NCBI GenBank assembly: GCA_037310415.1
Contig: CP147780.1
Coordinates: 1,888,001 to 1,952,000 of the forward strand
Source of the DNA: Candidatus Atabeyarchaeum deiterrae
Lineage (GTDB): Archaea; Asgardarchaeota; Atabeyarchaeia; Atabeyarchaeales; Atabeyarchaeaceae
Length of the DNA stretch: 64,000 nt
Direction of reading: 5' to 3'
The stretch's first letter is position 1. Each line of letters begins with the position of its first letter. The notes below the pieces were generated by a model, which worked only from the letters and a program-made list of their open reading frames with translations, made no database searches and was not told the DNA's origin. Both the position numbers and the translations under genes were made by a program. Below, piece by piece: positions 39,313 to 49,440 of the stretch.

Positions 39313-39690
39313 TTGATAACGAAAAGAAGCGGCAAGTTTCAGCCTGAAGCTCTCTTTGCACACTCTGAATCCAGTGTCTTCAAGGTATACAAGAGATTTG
39401 AGATGCTCGTGCGATCAATTGGGCCTGTGACCATTATTCCTCAGAAGGCCCGCGTTGCCTTTCAAGTGCGAACGCGATTTGTCTCGGCATATCCAAGAAA
39501 ATCGCACCTACTAGTCGGCTTTGACTTCGCACGCAAGGTCAGTAGTCCCAGGTTCCACAAGATAGAGCAGTATGGAAGGCACACTTTCACTCACTATCTC
39601 CGAGTTGAGAAAGAAGAGGACTTTGATGAGGAACTCATCGGCTGGATTCGTGAATCATACCAGGTCGGGCAGCAGATGCATGTGCAGTGA
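39313..39690 (+). CDS. DUF5655-like protein
   Basis: IGPVTIIPQK..VAF..RTRF, THYLRV....FDEELIGWIRESY. Confidence 0.75.
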   Translation: MITKRSGKFQPEALFAHSESSVFKVYKRFEMLVRSIGPVTIIPQKARVAFQVRTRFVSAYPRKSHLLVGFDFARKVSSPRFHKIEQYGRHTFTHYLRVEKEEDFDEELIGWIRESYQVGQQMHVQ

Positions 39691-39796
39691 ATATGTGGGG
39701 CTGGCAAAGAGAATTTGCAGTGCTACGTCCAAAGACTTAATAGCGGAAGATCGTTTCCTCTCAAATATCGAGGCTAACTCGTGCCCCTAATACCAA

Positions 39797-40540
39797 GTGA
39801 TTGATTTGACTGATAGGAAGATCGCATTCGTAGCGGGAGGAGGAAAATACGGCTCTGGCGCTCTGACGTACTTCATGAAGGAGCCGGATTGGAATGTGAT
39901 TATATGCGATGAAGATCGTGAGTGTCAAGCTTCGAAACTTGTGAGAACCATAGTTGAACTGAAAGCACTCGGAAACCCTTCGAAAATCAGATACCCTTTG
40001 ATGATGGTTGGCGACGCTGCTGAAGCGTTAATCAGATTCTTTGCAGACGGAATTGTTCCGGAGATAATTGTTCCATGTGTCCCAGTCCATTTTGCCGCCA
40101 AAGTGCTGACAGGTTACTTAGCTAGCCTGGGATTGAGCGTTCAGCCGGATGCCCGGTCTCTTACAATAGGGTTCGAGAGGGTTCCACTTGAGGAAGCGGA
40201 ATTCGCGCTCAGCGAGAATGACGCCTTAGCCTTAGCGAGCAAGATGCCTTTTAACATGCGATGCGCCTCTGGGTGCAGTCAGCCTGAGCGCTGTCCAGTG
40301 ACAGGCAGACCCCTAGCAAAGGCTATGTATGAACTCATAACTGCAACGTTGAACAATACTGGTGCAGATATTGTCAAAGTGCTTAGGAGTCACCTTTTGG
40401 CGCCGAACATAGGCGGCTTCTCAGGCAAGGAATTGAGGCAGACTGTGGATCTTTGCATTGGAAAGAAGCCTTGCACTTTGGCTTTGGCGACTTCATGCAG
40501 TTGCCACGCAGTCGCCAATGTTTTCAAGATCGGAACCTGA
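39797..40540 (+). CDS. Hypothetical Rossmann-like protein with Cys cluster
   Basis: VAGGGKYG, IVPCVPVH, CASGCSQPERCPVTG, SHLLAPNIGG, ATSCSCHAV. Confidence 0.7.
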   Translation: MIDLTDRKIAFVAGGGKYGSGALTYFMKEPDWNVIICDEDRECQASKLVRTIVELKALGNPSKIRYPLMMVGDAAEALIRFFADGIVPEIIVPCVPVHFAAKVLTGYLASLGLSVQPDARSLTIGFERVPLEEAEFALSENDALALASKMPFNMRCASGCSQPERCPVTGRPLAKAMYELITATLNNTGADIVKVLRSHLLAPNIGGFSGKELRQTVDLCIGKKPCTLALATSCSCHAVANVFKIGT

Positions 40541-40546
40541 CCCTTA

Positions 40547-41359
40547 TTAACTTCTCCTGTGTACCATCGTCTTATACTTGTACTCGTCAACTTTGAGTAG
40601 ATCCATGACTTTGTTGGGTTGTTTTTTGACAAGGTTCCTGCACGCTCTATACGCTATCCAGAAGGAATTCCTGTCTCCGCTTTCCACCAGAGTTTTGACC
40701 AGGCCGTATACGAGGTCCGGCAGTTTCCTCGCCAAGTCACTCAGGTTGTTTCCCACGGAGGTGCGGGCATAAGGAAAACTCTCCTTGAACATATTCCTCA
40801 AGATTGGCAATGGGTATTCGGGTTTGCTGTAGAACCATGCATTCTCTTGCACAGGTCGAAGGGTCTCGCCGACGAAACGTCGCACGTTGCCATCCTCTGA
40901 CTTGAGAAGTTGCAGGAGGTATTTCTTCATCTCGTTAGGATACTTTTTTATCAGTTTTCGAAAAAACATCTGCGAGATCTCCCTTACGTTCCAATCTGGC
41001 GAAGAAGCCGAAGACTCGAAGTATGGAAGTACTTTCTCGTAGTCAACGACACCATAGAATGATAGGACGCCCAATGCCACCATCTTGCTCTTGTAGTTCG
41101 CACTGGCTTCATAAAGACGTGATGCGATTTCAAATGGCGGTTTCTTGATATCTACGAGTCGCGAGTATATGTTCTCGCTGAGAACCTTGATCGTATACAC
41201 TATTCCGTACGAGGTGCGCTTGTTGTCTGGGATGTTGTTATACAGCTCAGTTATGATGGATGAGATGTTCTGTGACGCCAAATCGTATTCTCCTTGCACA
41301 GCTTTGGCTACGACATTCTCTCTAATCTCTTCCTCTATTCTCTCAGTCAGTATTCTCAT
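40547..41359 (-). CDS. HEAT-repeat DNA alkylation repair protein (AlkC/AlkD-like)
   Basis: WNVRE, NVRRFVGETLRP, YARTSVGNNLSDLARK.P, ACRNLVK. Confidence 0.78.
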   Translation of the reverse strand: MRILTERIEEEIRENVVAKAVQGEYDLASQNISSIITELYNNIPDNKRTSYGIVYTIKVLSENIYSRLVDIKKPPFEIASRLYEASANYKSKMVALGVLSFYGVVDYEKVLPYFESSASSPDWNVREISQMFFRKLIKKYPNEMKKYLLQLLKSEDGNVRRFVGETLRPVQENAWFYSKPEYPLPILRNMFKESFPYARTSVGNNLSDLARKLPDLVYGLVKTLVESGDRNSFWIAYRACRNLVKKQPNKVMDLLKVDEYKYKTMVHRRS

Positions 41360-41426
41360 GGATCATGATCTCCAGTCCCTTGAGTAAAAACGCGGGTGGT
41401 GTGTCTGTCGATATTCTTTGAGCCCG

Positions 41427-42044
41427 TTACCATCTGTCTACGTGCATTCGTTCCCTAAGTGATATGCGTTTTTGTCTGACGAAGTATTTGCTCGGGTATC
41501 CGATGGGAATCATTGCAGCGATCTCGTAATCTTCCGGGAGGCGCAATTCCTGTTTCAGACGAGTCGTTTCATGAGGTACGCATGTCACACCGTACAAACC
41601 TTCTGCCGCCATCGCAAGCAAGATATTTTCGATACACGCCCAGACGGAAGCAAGGCAGTTAAGATCAAAAAGAGTCTCGCTCTCTTTGAGAGGCTTTTTC
41701 ATTCTGAAACATACGACCAGCAGTTCTGGTGAACTTGTGAGCATCCTTTTCTGAACGGGAATCGCTTTCAGGTACATCTCCCTCTGCATTTTATCCGTCA
41801 TATTCCTCGTGACCGTGCCCAGTTCCTTGGCATCTGTTATGGCCCTTGTTGTTCCTTCCGTTTCTGCGATTCTTCTTCTTTGTTCGGGATCCTTCACGAG
41901 GATAAACTCCCATTCTCTTAGATGATCGTGTGTCGGTGCCTTCAATCCTGCGTCAAGAATTCTCATCAGTTTGTCCTCTTCGACGTGCATAGATTGGAAT
42001 TCCCTCACACTTCGCCTCTTCTCAACAGTCTCGTAGAAATCCAA
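41427..42044 (-). CDS. Nitroreductase family protein
   Basis: RRSVREF, APT...EWEFILV, IENILLAMAAEGL, IPIGYP. GGTGA upstream of TTG 42044. Confidence 0.9.
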   Translation of the reverse strand: MDFYETVEKRRSVREFQSMHVEEDKLMRILDAGLKAPTHDHLREWEFILVKDPEQRRRIAETEGTTRAITDAKELGTVTRNMTDKMQREMYLKAIPVQKRMLTSSPELLVVCFRMKKPLKESETLFDLNCLASVWACIENILLAMAAEGLYGVTCVPHETTRLKQELRLPEDYEIAAMIPIGYPSKYFVRQKRISLRERMHVDRW

Positions 42045-42212
42045 GTTTCTGTCACCTTCCTGCAGCGGGATCAGTCTCTCTCTACACCTTGGCCTCGGAT
42101 TAGACTGTTTTCGTATATTAGTTTCCCTCAGTAAGGGAAATAACGAAATATCAAAAAACTCCAATGCTAAGTCTCGGCCCATTTTGGGGGGATGTGCTTA
42201 TCCAATCTTCTT

Positions 42213-42746
42213 CTAAGCCGGCAGGGTGGAACTAGCTCCTGACAGTTTGCCAGCGACTTTCTCGAAGGCTTTCTCTACGTTTTCACCTGTCTTGGCTGAT
42301 GTCTCAATGAAGTCGGCTCCGATGTCTTCAGCAAGTCTCTGACCTGAGTGAAAATGAACAACTGCAGGCAGATCAATCTTGTTGCCGATCAGAATGGTCG
42401 GTATCTTCTTTCGGACGATCTTATTGACGTCCTCGATCCAGAAGACGACATCCTCAAAAGTTCCAGGCCTTGTGACATCGTAGACTATGAATGCTGCTCT
42501 CGCTCCCTTGTAGTACTCTTGCCTTACCCTGCTGAACCCTTCTTGAGAAGCTATGTCCCATATCATAAGTGTGACAGTTCTTCGACCAATGCTATAGTCC
42601 TTGGAAGTTATGTTTGCGCCCAACGAAGGGAGGTAATTCTCTCTGAAAGAAGAGGTAACATGCTTGGCTACAATGCTTGTCTTTCCGACTGCAGCGTCCC
42701 CCAAGAACACTACTTTGAAGGTATACTTATCGGAACCAGATGGCAC
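42213..42746 (-). CDS. Ras-superfamily (Rab-like) small GTPase
   Basis: FKVVFLGDAAVGKTS, YLPSLG, IWDIASQE, YYKGA, VYDVT, GNKID, ETSAKTGENV. Confidence 0.92.
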   Translation of the reverse strand: MPSGSDKYTFKVVFLGDAAVGKTSIVAKHVTSSFRENYLPSLGANITSKDYSIGRRTVTLMIWDIASQEGFSRVRQEYYKGARAAFIVYDVTRPGTFEDVVFWIEDVNKIVRKKIPTILIGNKIDLPAVVHFHSGQRLAEDIGADFIETSAKTGENVEKAFEKVAGKLSGASSTLPA

Positions 42747-42994
42747 AGAGCCTCAACCCCCAGCAACTCTCCTAGCACATAATTGGAGGCAGACGTGTCT
42801 CTTCCCCTTCCGTTAATAGGAAGGATCGGATGAAGTGATATCGGCTCATCTCGATGCTTCATCAGATGAGTTTCAGTGTGAGAAACGTAGTTCAAACCGT
42901 TCTATATGGGTTACGTTGCACTTGAGAATCTCGCAGTTTCAAAACCTACTCAGCGTCGGCAGAAACCTAATTCCCAGAATGGGGTTTGGGTGTC

Positions 42995-43996
42995 TCACTG
43001 TGGTTGTTTTTGCCCGCACCGACTGCAGTAGGATGAATCTGAGTCTAACCGCGCCTTGCATCGAATACAGTACTTCGCCGTGTGTGTTACAGAATCCTTT
43101 TTCGACACTACTATAATGAAGCGTCCAATATCCGAAGAAGTTACCTCAGAAGAAAGTTTTTCGGAAGGCGTTGAGACTGTAGGCGTTGAGGTCTGCCCGC
43201 TTGCCGCCCGAATCGTCGCGATCACCCGCGCGAGAGACGACGAAAACGCTTTCGATGCAGTGGCACCTGACGTCCCCAGAGTTTCCGCATCTTGCAGAAT
43301 CCCTGGCGGCTTCACGGACTTGGGCATGACAGAAAGTGGGGGAGCCATGAGCACAATTGGTGTGGAAGAAGACAATGGATTCAGATCTTCCCTCACATGA
43401 GTGATTATCTTATTCAAGGCAATCATGAGTTCGACAACAAAGTCCTGAGGACTGAAATCAGTTTCGATTTCCTTTCGCCATTTCTTGTGGTCATTGGTAA
43501 GATCGAATTCCACTTTGCCCAAAACAAAGTCATTCTTCTTTTCATATTCCAAGATGATTGCGCTGCTTAAGTGCCATAAGTCTCTTTGTCTCATAGCGAG
43601 AAGAGATTTGCACAGGTCTTCATCAGAAAGGATCCTCTGGAACCCTGGGGAAGTCATGGGTGTCATTGTGAATACTTCAACAATGTCACCAACTTTGGTT
43701 GACTTACGTATCCGAATCTCCCCCGAGCCAGCTCCACATTTATTTGGGTCAAAGATCAACGGGATGGGAAACCAGAGTCTGACCTTCGTATAGATTCCAG
43801 CATTAATGAACGCGATAACGGAACCCCATTCTCGCAACCTAAGAATCCTCGACGACAGCGGCTTAGACGACAACCCGACATTTGTGACCAGTACTGATAC
43901 CGAATCAACGACGGTGGATGCCTCTGAGGAGACACCCACTTCGCTCGGGTCAATCGCTTCCGACCTCGCAAAGGAAAGTCTCATGTCATTTCTCAT
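42995..43996 (-). CDS. Hypothetical protein with C-terminal zinc ribbon; 5' end probably extends to 44105 across a frameshift
   Basis: YCIRCKA...YCSRCG; frame stays open upstream of ATG 43996 to a TGA at 44102-44104. Confidence 0.7.
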   Translation of the reverse strand: MRNDMRLSFARSEAIDPSEVGVSSEASTVVDSVSVLVTNVGLSSKPLSSRILRLREWGSVIAFINAGIYTKVRLWFPIPLIFDPNKCGAGSGEIRIRKSTKVGDIVEVFTMTPMTSPGFQRILSDEDLCKSLLAMRQRDLWHLSSAIILEYEKKNDFVLGKVEFDLTNDHKKWRKEIETDFSPQDFVVELMIALNKIITHVREDLNPLSSSTPIVLMAPPLSVMPKSVKPPGILQDAETLGTSGATASKAFSSSLARVIATIRAASGQTSTPTVSTPSEKLSSEVTSSDIGRFIIVVSKKDSVTHTAKYCIRCKARLDSDSSYCSRCGQKQPQ

Positions 43997-44224
43997 TACG
44001 TCAGCGAAGAACTCCTCAAGTCTTGACTTGGCGAAGCGTCTTGGAAGATACTCCTCAAAGACTAGTGGACTTGCGCTCGCCTTTGTCGCCCCCGGTTCGC
44101 CTCATATCAGGTCTCTACGGGAGAGGGAAATAAGATTTTCTGTCCTCGTTATGCGCATTAGGGAAAGTCGAAGCCTTTGCAGGCCAAAATCTTCATGGTA
44201 CAGATGTGCATCTGAGGAGTCGCA

Positions 44225-45352
44225 TCACACTCGCAACGATGAGACATCAACTCGGAACAGGTACACACCATAGGGAATGAAAAAGCTGACCATGAGGTAC
44301 ATGTACTTACCGTTTTCACCGAGCATGGATGGATGTGTGTAACCACCATACGAGAGCGGATACTCGGACGTCGGAATCGCGACACTAGGCTGGCTCCATG
44401 TCCCCCAGAGCGTGGAAGCGGTTCTAATGTTCACACCGAAGTGATAAGATGAACCGACAGCGACCCACTTGCCCAGGTAGGCGTTCCAAACCACGGAGCA
44501 TTCACCGATCGGTCCTTTGAAGATCGACACAGCTTGGGAAGAGTCAGACGTCCAATTGGGGATGCCGCCCAATGACCCCATATAGTACTCGTACGCGAGT
44601 TGAGAGAGAATTTTAGTTTTATCAACTCTGAGGAGATACGCATCACCAGCGCGACCTGCCTGAGTCGACAAGAGGTACAGGTAGTTCGAGACCAGTCCTC
44701 CTCCAACGACTGGTTCCCCCGCGTTGACAACGGCAAACTCGACAAATGTGCTATTGCCTCCCCAAGTCATGTTCTGGGCCTTAGTGAAAGTGTTTCCCCC
44801 ATCGAGTGAATATGCAATGGAGGCATTGTTTGCGATCCAGTCGCCGCCCCAAATCCACTGGCGGACGGACATATACCATATGTAGATCGTGCCGTTAATG
44901 CTTACCGCAGCCGTCGGGATGGCTGATATTTCTTTTCCGCTTTCCTTGATGCTAGGGATAAGCTCCTTAGCCTGACCTGTGCCGTTAAGTATCCAACCAT
45001 CGAAACGCAGACCGTCTATAGGGTCAAGATCTGAACCATGGGCCATCGTGTTTGACTTCTTTGCCTGGCTACAGGCTATGGTGTCTCCGAAAACGTAGTG
45101 CAGTTCTCCATTGTGGAGAAAGACGATACCCAAATCACACGCGTAAACATCAACAAGTTGAGCAGGGTTAATCGAGTCCTTACCTGTTTCCTTCGCCACC
45201 AGAATATGGGGCAAAGGTGCCGTCAACGCCACCATTGAAAACACGAGAATGGCCGTCAACCCACCTACGCCGGCAATGACGCCAACTTTCGCCAATCCAC
45301 TCATGCCAGCCGCCGCGGCCACTTGGCGTCTACGCCCCCACTTGCCAGTCAA
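44225..45352 (-). CDS. DUF4185 beta-propeller protein, membrane-anchored
   Basis: N-terminal TM; DLGI, VFGDT, AIPT, YMSV, SLDGG.TF, GECSVVWN.YL.KW, YGGY.HP. Confidence 0.85.
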   Translation of the reverse strand: MTGKWGRRRQVAAAAGMSGLAKVGVIAGVGGLTAILVFSMVALTAPLPHILVAKETGKDSINPAQLVDVYACDLGIVFLHNGELHYVFGDTIACSQAKKSNTMAHGSDLDPIDGLRFDGWILNGTGQAKELIPSIKESGKEISAIPTAAVSINGTIYIWYMSVRQWIWGGDWIANNASIAYSLDGGNTFTKAQNMTWGGNSTFVEFAVVNAGEPVVGGGLVSNYLYLLSTQAGRAGDAYLLRVDKTKILSQLAYEYYMGSLGGIPNWTSDSSQAVSIFKGPIGECSVVWNAYLGKWVAVGSSYHFGVNIRTASTLWGTWSQPSVAIPTSEYPLSYGGYTHPSMLGENGKYMYLMVSFFIPYGVYLFRVDVSSLRV

Positions 45353-45400
45353 GCCTAGTAATGCCTCCCGATAATCAAATTTTTGTGAACCCGCCTTGCA

Positions 45401-46168
45401 CTATGATCTTTGTTTGTCTATTTCCTCTTGTATTGCCGATCTCACGTTTTCCTCTGAGGAGGGTCCCAGTATCTTAACCTTGCCATTGATCAGAGGATCT
45501 GTTGTCCCATATTTCCTGATGGTGCTCAAGGTTGGCTTGATTTCCACCAGTCTAACCTTATCTCCAAAGCTCTGAGCGACCTTCTTGATCAAGCTGTACA
45601 TCGCCATTCCCACAGGACAAAAAGAGTGTTTAAACAATGTCACCTCAACTTTATCCCTCGAAGGCTTGTAAGTCACCTCTATGGGGTTAACGTCGACGTG
45701 CTCCTTCCAAAGTGGGAAATACATTAATCTGAACATTCCGTGCTCCCTAATCAGTTTGAATCCTTGTTTAGCGAATTGGTTATAGTGCATGTATTCTGGG
45801 ATTGTCGATGCGTCGACAAGTATTCCCTTGAATCCCCGTTTCTTTAGATCGTTTTTGGCGTAGTTGAACATCATTGTTCCGTAGCCTTTGCGCATTTGGT
45901 CGCGTAATACCTCTGTGCAGTAGATGAATGCGACGTTTGGCTCTACTTCAAATGGCACGAGCGCCTTCTGTGAACGCGAATAATAGATGTGGCCGACAAC
46001 CTTGCCGTCATCCAGCAGGTGATAACCGTCAACATGTCTCCCCAGATTCTGTTTAAACCACTTTCTCGATTCCGGCAAGAAGTCTGTCCAGTTTACGCCT
46101 GGTGGATTGTCTCCCATGCAACAATAGGTTCCACCAATATTCTTCAGAGTGACCTTCTCGACTTTCAT
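45401..46168 (-). CDS. GNAT acetyltransferase with C-terminal thioredoxin-like (YoaP-like) domain
   Basis: FIYCTEV...RKGYGT, F.KQGF, FCP. GGAGG upstream of ATG 46168. Confidence 0.8.
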   Translation of the reverse strand: MKVEKVTLKNIGGTYCCMGDNPPGVNWTDFLPESRKWFKQNLGRHVDGYHLLDDGKVVGHIYYSRSQKALVPFEVEPNVAFIYCTEVLRDQMRKGYGTMMFNYAKNDLKKRGFKGILVDASTIPEYMHYNQFAKQGFKLIREHGMFRLMYFPLWKEHVDVNPIEVTYKPSRDKVEVTLFKHSFCPVGMAMYSLIKKVAQSFGDKVRLVEIKPTLSTIRKYGTTDPLINGKVKILGPSSEENVRSAIQEEIDKQRS

Positions 46169-46388
46169 GCACCTTCCTCCACTGTACAGGATGGTGACTT
46201 GTCTCGCATTGATAAGTCTTACCAATACTCATAATCCAGTCTATTGTTTTGGTCGCTTGGGTCCACTCTGAGCGAACAAGCGGACTGTCAGTCTGAGCAC
46301 CTCGTTGTTCTAGGTGAATTCCAATAGATGAAAGCGATTACCTTAAATAGTCGGACATATGATTCTACTTGTTTGGAGATGATAGAAA

Positions 46389-47258
46389 ATGGTCACGTGC
46401 CCCAACTGCGGCAGCAAATTCTCTTTCAGGTCAACCTATAACCGCGGTTGTGTATGCCTCAGTTGCCGCGCCGTGGTCAGATTCAGAACTTCGAGATGCC
46501 CCAATTGTGGCAATCGGCTCTCTGGCAGAGCAATGTACGGCCAAGGTTTTGCATGCCCAAGCTGCCATTCCATCCTCAGGTTCCGAACCTCAGGTGCCGC
46601 CAGTTTATTCATGCTGCTACTTCTTGGCGTTTGGATCAGTCTCATTGGCGTATTTGGATTCCTCATCTTGCCTCTCATTCCGTTTATCATCATAGTGTCA
46701 AGCACTTTAAGGACCGTGGAGATTGCCGAACCAAGCACCTTTCCCACCATCGAACGCTCTCCGCTGACAAGGGAGCCAAGCACTCGGATACAGACGCGTC
46801 TCAGACGTGTCCCATCGACTGATGCTTCTGGAAACGAAACCGCCCTAGACAGCTCAAACGGCTTTCGACGCAGCTTGCGCGCTGGGAACTACTGTATCTA
46901 TTGTGGCGCCTCAGTATTGGAATCAACATGGAAATTCTGCTCCAACTGCGGGGCAAGCTTGCCAGAACAGACTGGCGAGTTGAGTGAATCGAACAGTGAG
47001 GAATCCTTTCCTGAATTAGGTTATGGCAGCCCCTGCATGGTTTGCGGTCTGGCTTTGCATCATTCGGACTTGATTGCATATTGCCCACACTGTGGCAACG
47101 GCGCACACATGGGACATATGCTTGAATGGCTTCATGTCAGAAGGCAATGTCCAGTCTGTGGTGAAACTCTTACTGAGCGAGAAGTTCTTGATAATAAGCG
47201 CATGAGGCAAGACTTCAGCGAATCGAACCGCATTCCACTCAGAGAAAATGCACATTGA
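46389..47258 (+). CDS. Multi-zinc-ribbon + TM hairpin + zinc ribbon + RING-like protein
   Basis: Four N-terminal CxxC, hydrophobic hairpin, YCIYCG..FCSNCG, CMVC-x12-CPHC-x4-H-x2-H-x3-W-x6-CPVC. Confidence 0.8.
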   Translation: MVTCPNCGSKFSFRSTYNRGCVCLSCRAVVRFRTSRCPNCGNRLSGRAMYGQGFACPSCHSILRFRTSGAASLFMLLLLGVWISLIGVFGFLILPLIPFIIIVSSTLRTVEIAEPSTFPTIERSPLTREPSTRIQTRLRRVPSTDASGNETALDSSNGFRRSLRAGNYCIYCGASVLESTWKFCSNCGASLPEQTGELSESNSEESFPELGYGSPCMVCGLALHHSDLIAYCPHCGNGAHMGHMLEWLHVRRQCPVCGETLTEREVLDNKRMRQDFSESNRIPLRENAH

Positions 47259-47403
47259 CTGTCGGAAAGGAGGGCAGAATGGTGAATTAATAAGTTCCTC
47301 AGGCAACTGCTATTACACGGCGCAACGAGACTTCCCACCAGAAACTGCCGCAGCAGTAGAGCGCTATCTCAAGAGTCGTTTGTCCTTTTGGTGAGCTAAA
47401 ACG

Positions 47404-48336
47404 TTGACTGAGCGTCCCATCGCAGACATCCCGAAGGACGTGAAGTACGAGTTAGCTGAAGTCAAGAAGATGCTACATTATGTTAACGTTTGGTTCCTTC
47501 CGTTTCGTTGGGGAACCAACACATACAGAGGTTGCGAACATGATTGCATCTACTGCAACGCAAGATACACCCACGAGTACCTTGGTCTTTCGACTGGCGA
47601 TTTTGCTCAAAGAATCGTCGTTAAGAGTAATGCTGCCATTGTTCTTGACAAAGAGTTCTCCAGAGAAAAATGGGACAGAAAGCTGACAGTCAACCTCGCA
47701 ACGGTAACGGATCCATATCAGCCGGCCGAAAGCCTATACAAGATAACTCGGGCAACTCTAGACACGTTTCTGAGGCATCATAACGCATTGATGCTGACCA
47801 CAAAATCCGACCTCGTGCTGAGAGACCTGGACAAACTTGCCGAGATCGCGCAGACCGGTTTCATCAACGTGGTGATCACACTGCCAACCCTCAACGAAGA
47901 TCTTAGAAATAGGATAGAGCCAAAAGCGCCCACCGTAGAACGAAGACTAAGAACTATTCAGAAACTCCACCAATCAGGGATAACCGTGGGAGTGGCTGCG
48001 ATACCTCTTCTCCCACACATATCCGATAATGAAAAAGACGTGGAAGCGCTCATCAAGACCCTAGCTGAAACTGGAGCAGACTACGTGATCGCAGACCTGC
48101 TTAACTTTCGAGGAGAAGCAAGAGCAAGATTCACGAAGTTTTTGGCGGGCCATGACCCAAGTCTTATGCCAGAGTATGAGAAGCTTTACAGGGAGACCTA
48201 CTGTGATAAGACTTACACAAAGAGAATAAGAGGTCAAACAAATAGGCTCATTAAGGAGTACAAGGTCGACAACTACCATAGAATGTTTTCATATCGGAAG
48301 GGGCAGAAAAGTCAGTCTAAAAAGAGTCTCAACTAA
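47404..48336 (+). CDS. Radical SAM protein, SplB/Rv2578c-like
   Basis: NTYRGCEHDCIYCNAR, TVTDPYQPAE, TKSDLVLRD, IEPKAP. Confidence 0.9.
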   Translation: MTERPIADIPKDVKYELAEVKKMLHYVNVWFLPFRWGTNTYRGCEHDCIYCNARYTHEYLGLSTGDFAQRIVVKSNAAIVLDKEFSREKWDRKLTVNLATVTDPYQPAESLYKITRATLDTFLRHHNALMLTTKSDLVLRDLDKLAEIAQTGFINVVITLPTLNEDLRNRIEPKAPTVERRLRTIQKLHQSGITVGVAAIPLLPHISDNEKDVEALIKTLAETGADYVIADLLNFRGEARARFTKFLAGHDPSLMPEYEKLYRETYCDKTYTKRIRGQTNRLIKEYKVDNYHRMFSYRKGQKSQSKKSLN

Positions 48337-48358
48337 GTGCGCACCAAGGTGACATGAA

Positions 48359-49366
48359 GTGGCAGACTGGAAAGATATATTGAAAAAAAATCCCACAGAT
48401 TGGTTGCTGGAAAAAGATAACCCGTCAGTTAGGTATTTTGCATTGGCCGATCTCCTAAACAAGAGTGTGAATGACGCCGAGCTACGCGAGGCGAAAACCC
48501 AGATCATGCAAGTAGGAGTAGTGCCCAAGATCCTCAACAACCAAAAGAATGAGGGTTACTGGGGAACTCCCGGAGGGTACTACTCGGCCAAGTACAAGGG
48601 AACGGTTTGGCAACTTCTCATTCTGGCAGAACTTGGAGCTGACGGAAAGGATGAGCGAATAAAGAAAGCTTGCGAATTCATTCTTGAGAGCTCTCAAGAT
48701 CGAGAGAGTGGTGGTTTCTCCCCGTGGCACAGTGTGAAGGCTGGAGGAGGGAGGCATGGGGGAGTGATACCTTGCCTGACAGGCAACATGGTTTGGAGTC
48801 TGATTAGATTGGGCTATTTGGATGACCCAAGAGTTCAGAGAGGGATTGACTTTATCGTCAAATATCAAAGATACGATGATGGAGCGAGAGAAGATGTGAA
48901 AGGATGGCCATATGATCAGATGGTAATGTGTTTCGGAAAACATAGTTGCCATATGGGCGTTGTCAAAGTGCTAAAAGCTCTGGCAGAGATCCCAGCTGAG
49001 AAAAGATCAGGCAGCATGAAAGACAAGATCGAGAAAGGCGCCGAATACATCCTTCAACACCGCGTATACAAGAGAAGCCACGATCTAAGCAGGACCTGTA
49101 AACCAGGCTGGTTGCACTTTGGTTTTCCTTTAATGTACCAGACTGATGCTCTCGAGATTCTGTGCATTCTCACCAAGCTTGGGTACAGGGACAAGCGGAT
49201 GCAGGAAGCTATCGACTTGGTGGTCTCCAGGCAAGATGATCAAGGGCGTTGGAAGCTCGAAAACACCTTTAATGGGCGATTTGTTGTGAATATCGAACAG
49301 AAGGGTAAGCAAAGCAAGTGGGTCACGTTGAATGCTCTCAGAACCCTAAAAAGATTCTATAGCTAA
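48359..49366 (+). CDS. Alpha/alpha-toroid (prenyltransferase/squalene-cyclase repeat-like) protein
   Basis: WLLE..NPSVRY, Q..EGYWG, KYKGTVWQL, PCLTG, FGFPLMYQTD.LE, QDDQGRW, SKWVTL. Confidence 0.8.
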   Translation: MADWKDILKKNPTDWLLEKDNPSVRYFALADLLNKSVNDAELREAKTQIMQVGVVPKILNNQKNEGYWGTPGGYYSAKYKGTVWQLLILAELGADGKDERIKKACEFILESSQDRESGGFSPWHSVKAGGGRHGGVIPCLTGNMVWSLIRLGYLDDPRVQRGIDFIVKYQRYDDGAREDVKGWPYDQMVMCFGKHSCHMGVVKVLKALAEIPAEKRSGSMKDKIEKGAEYILQHRVYKRSHDLSRTCKPGWLHFGFPLMYQTDALEILCILTKLGYRDKRMQEAIDLVVSRQDDQGRWKLENTFNGRFVVNIEQKGKQSKWVTLNALRTLKRFYS

Positions 49367-49440
49367 CGAGGACAAGGAATGGAGAAGCATGCCAAGAAGT
49401 TGAACGCTCACTCAGCAAAAGATTTCTCAGGACGAGGCGG

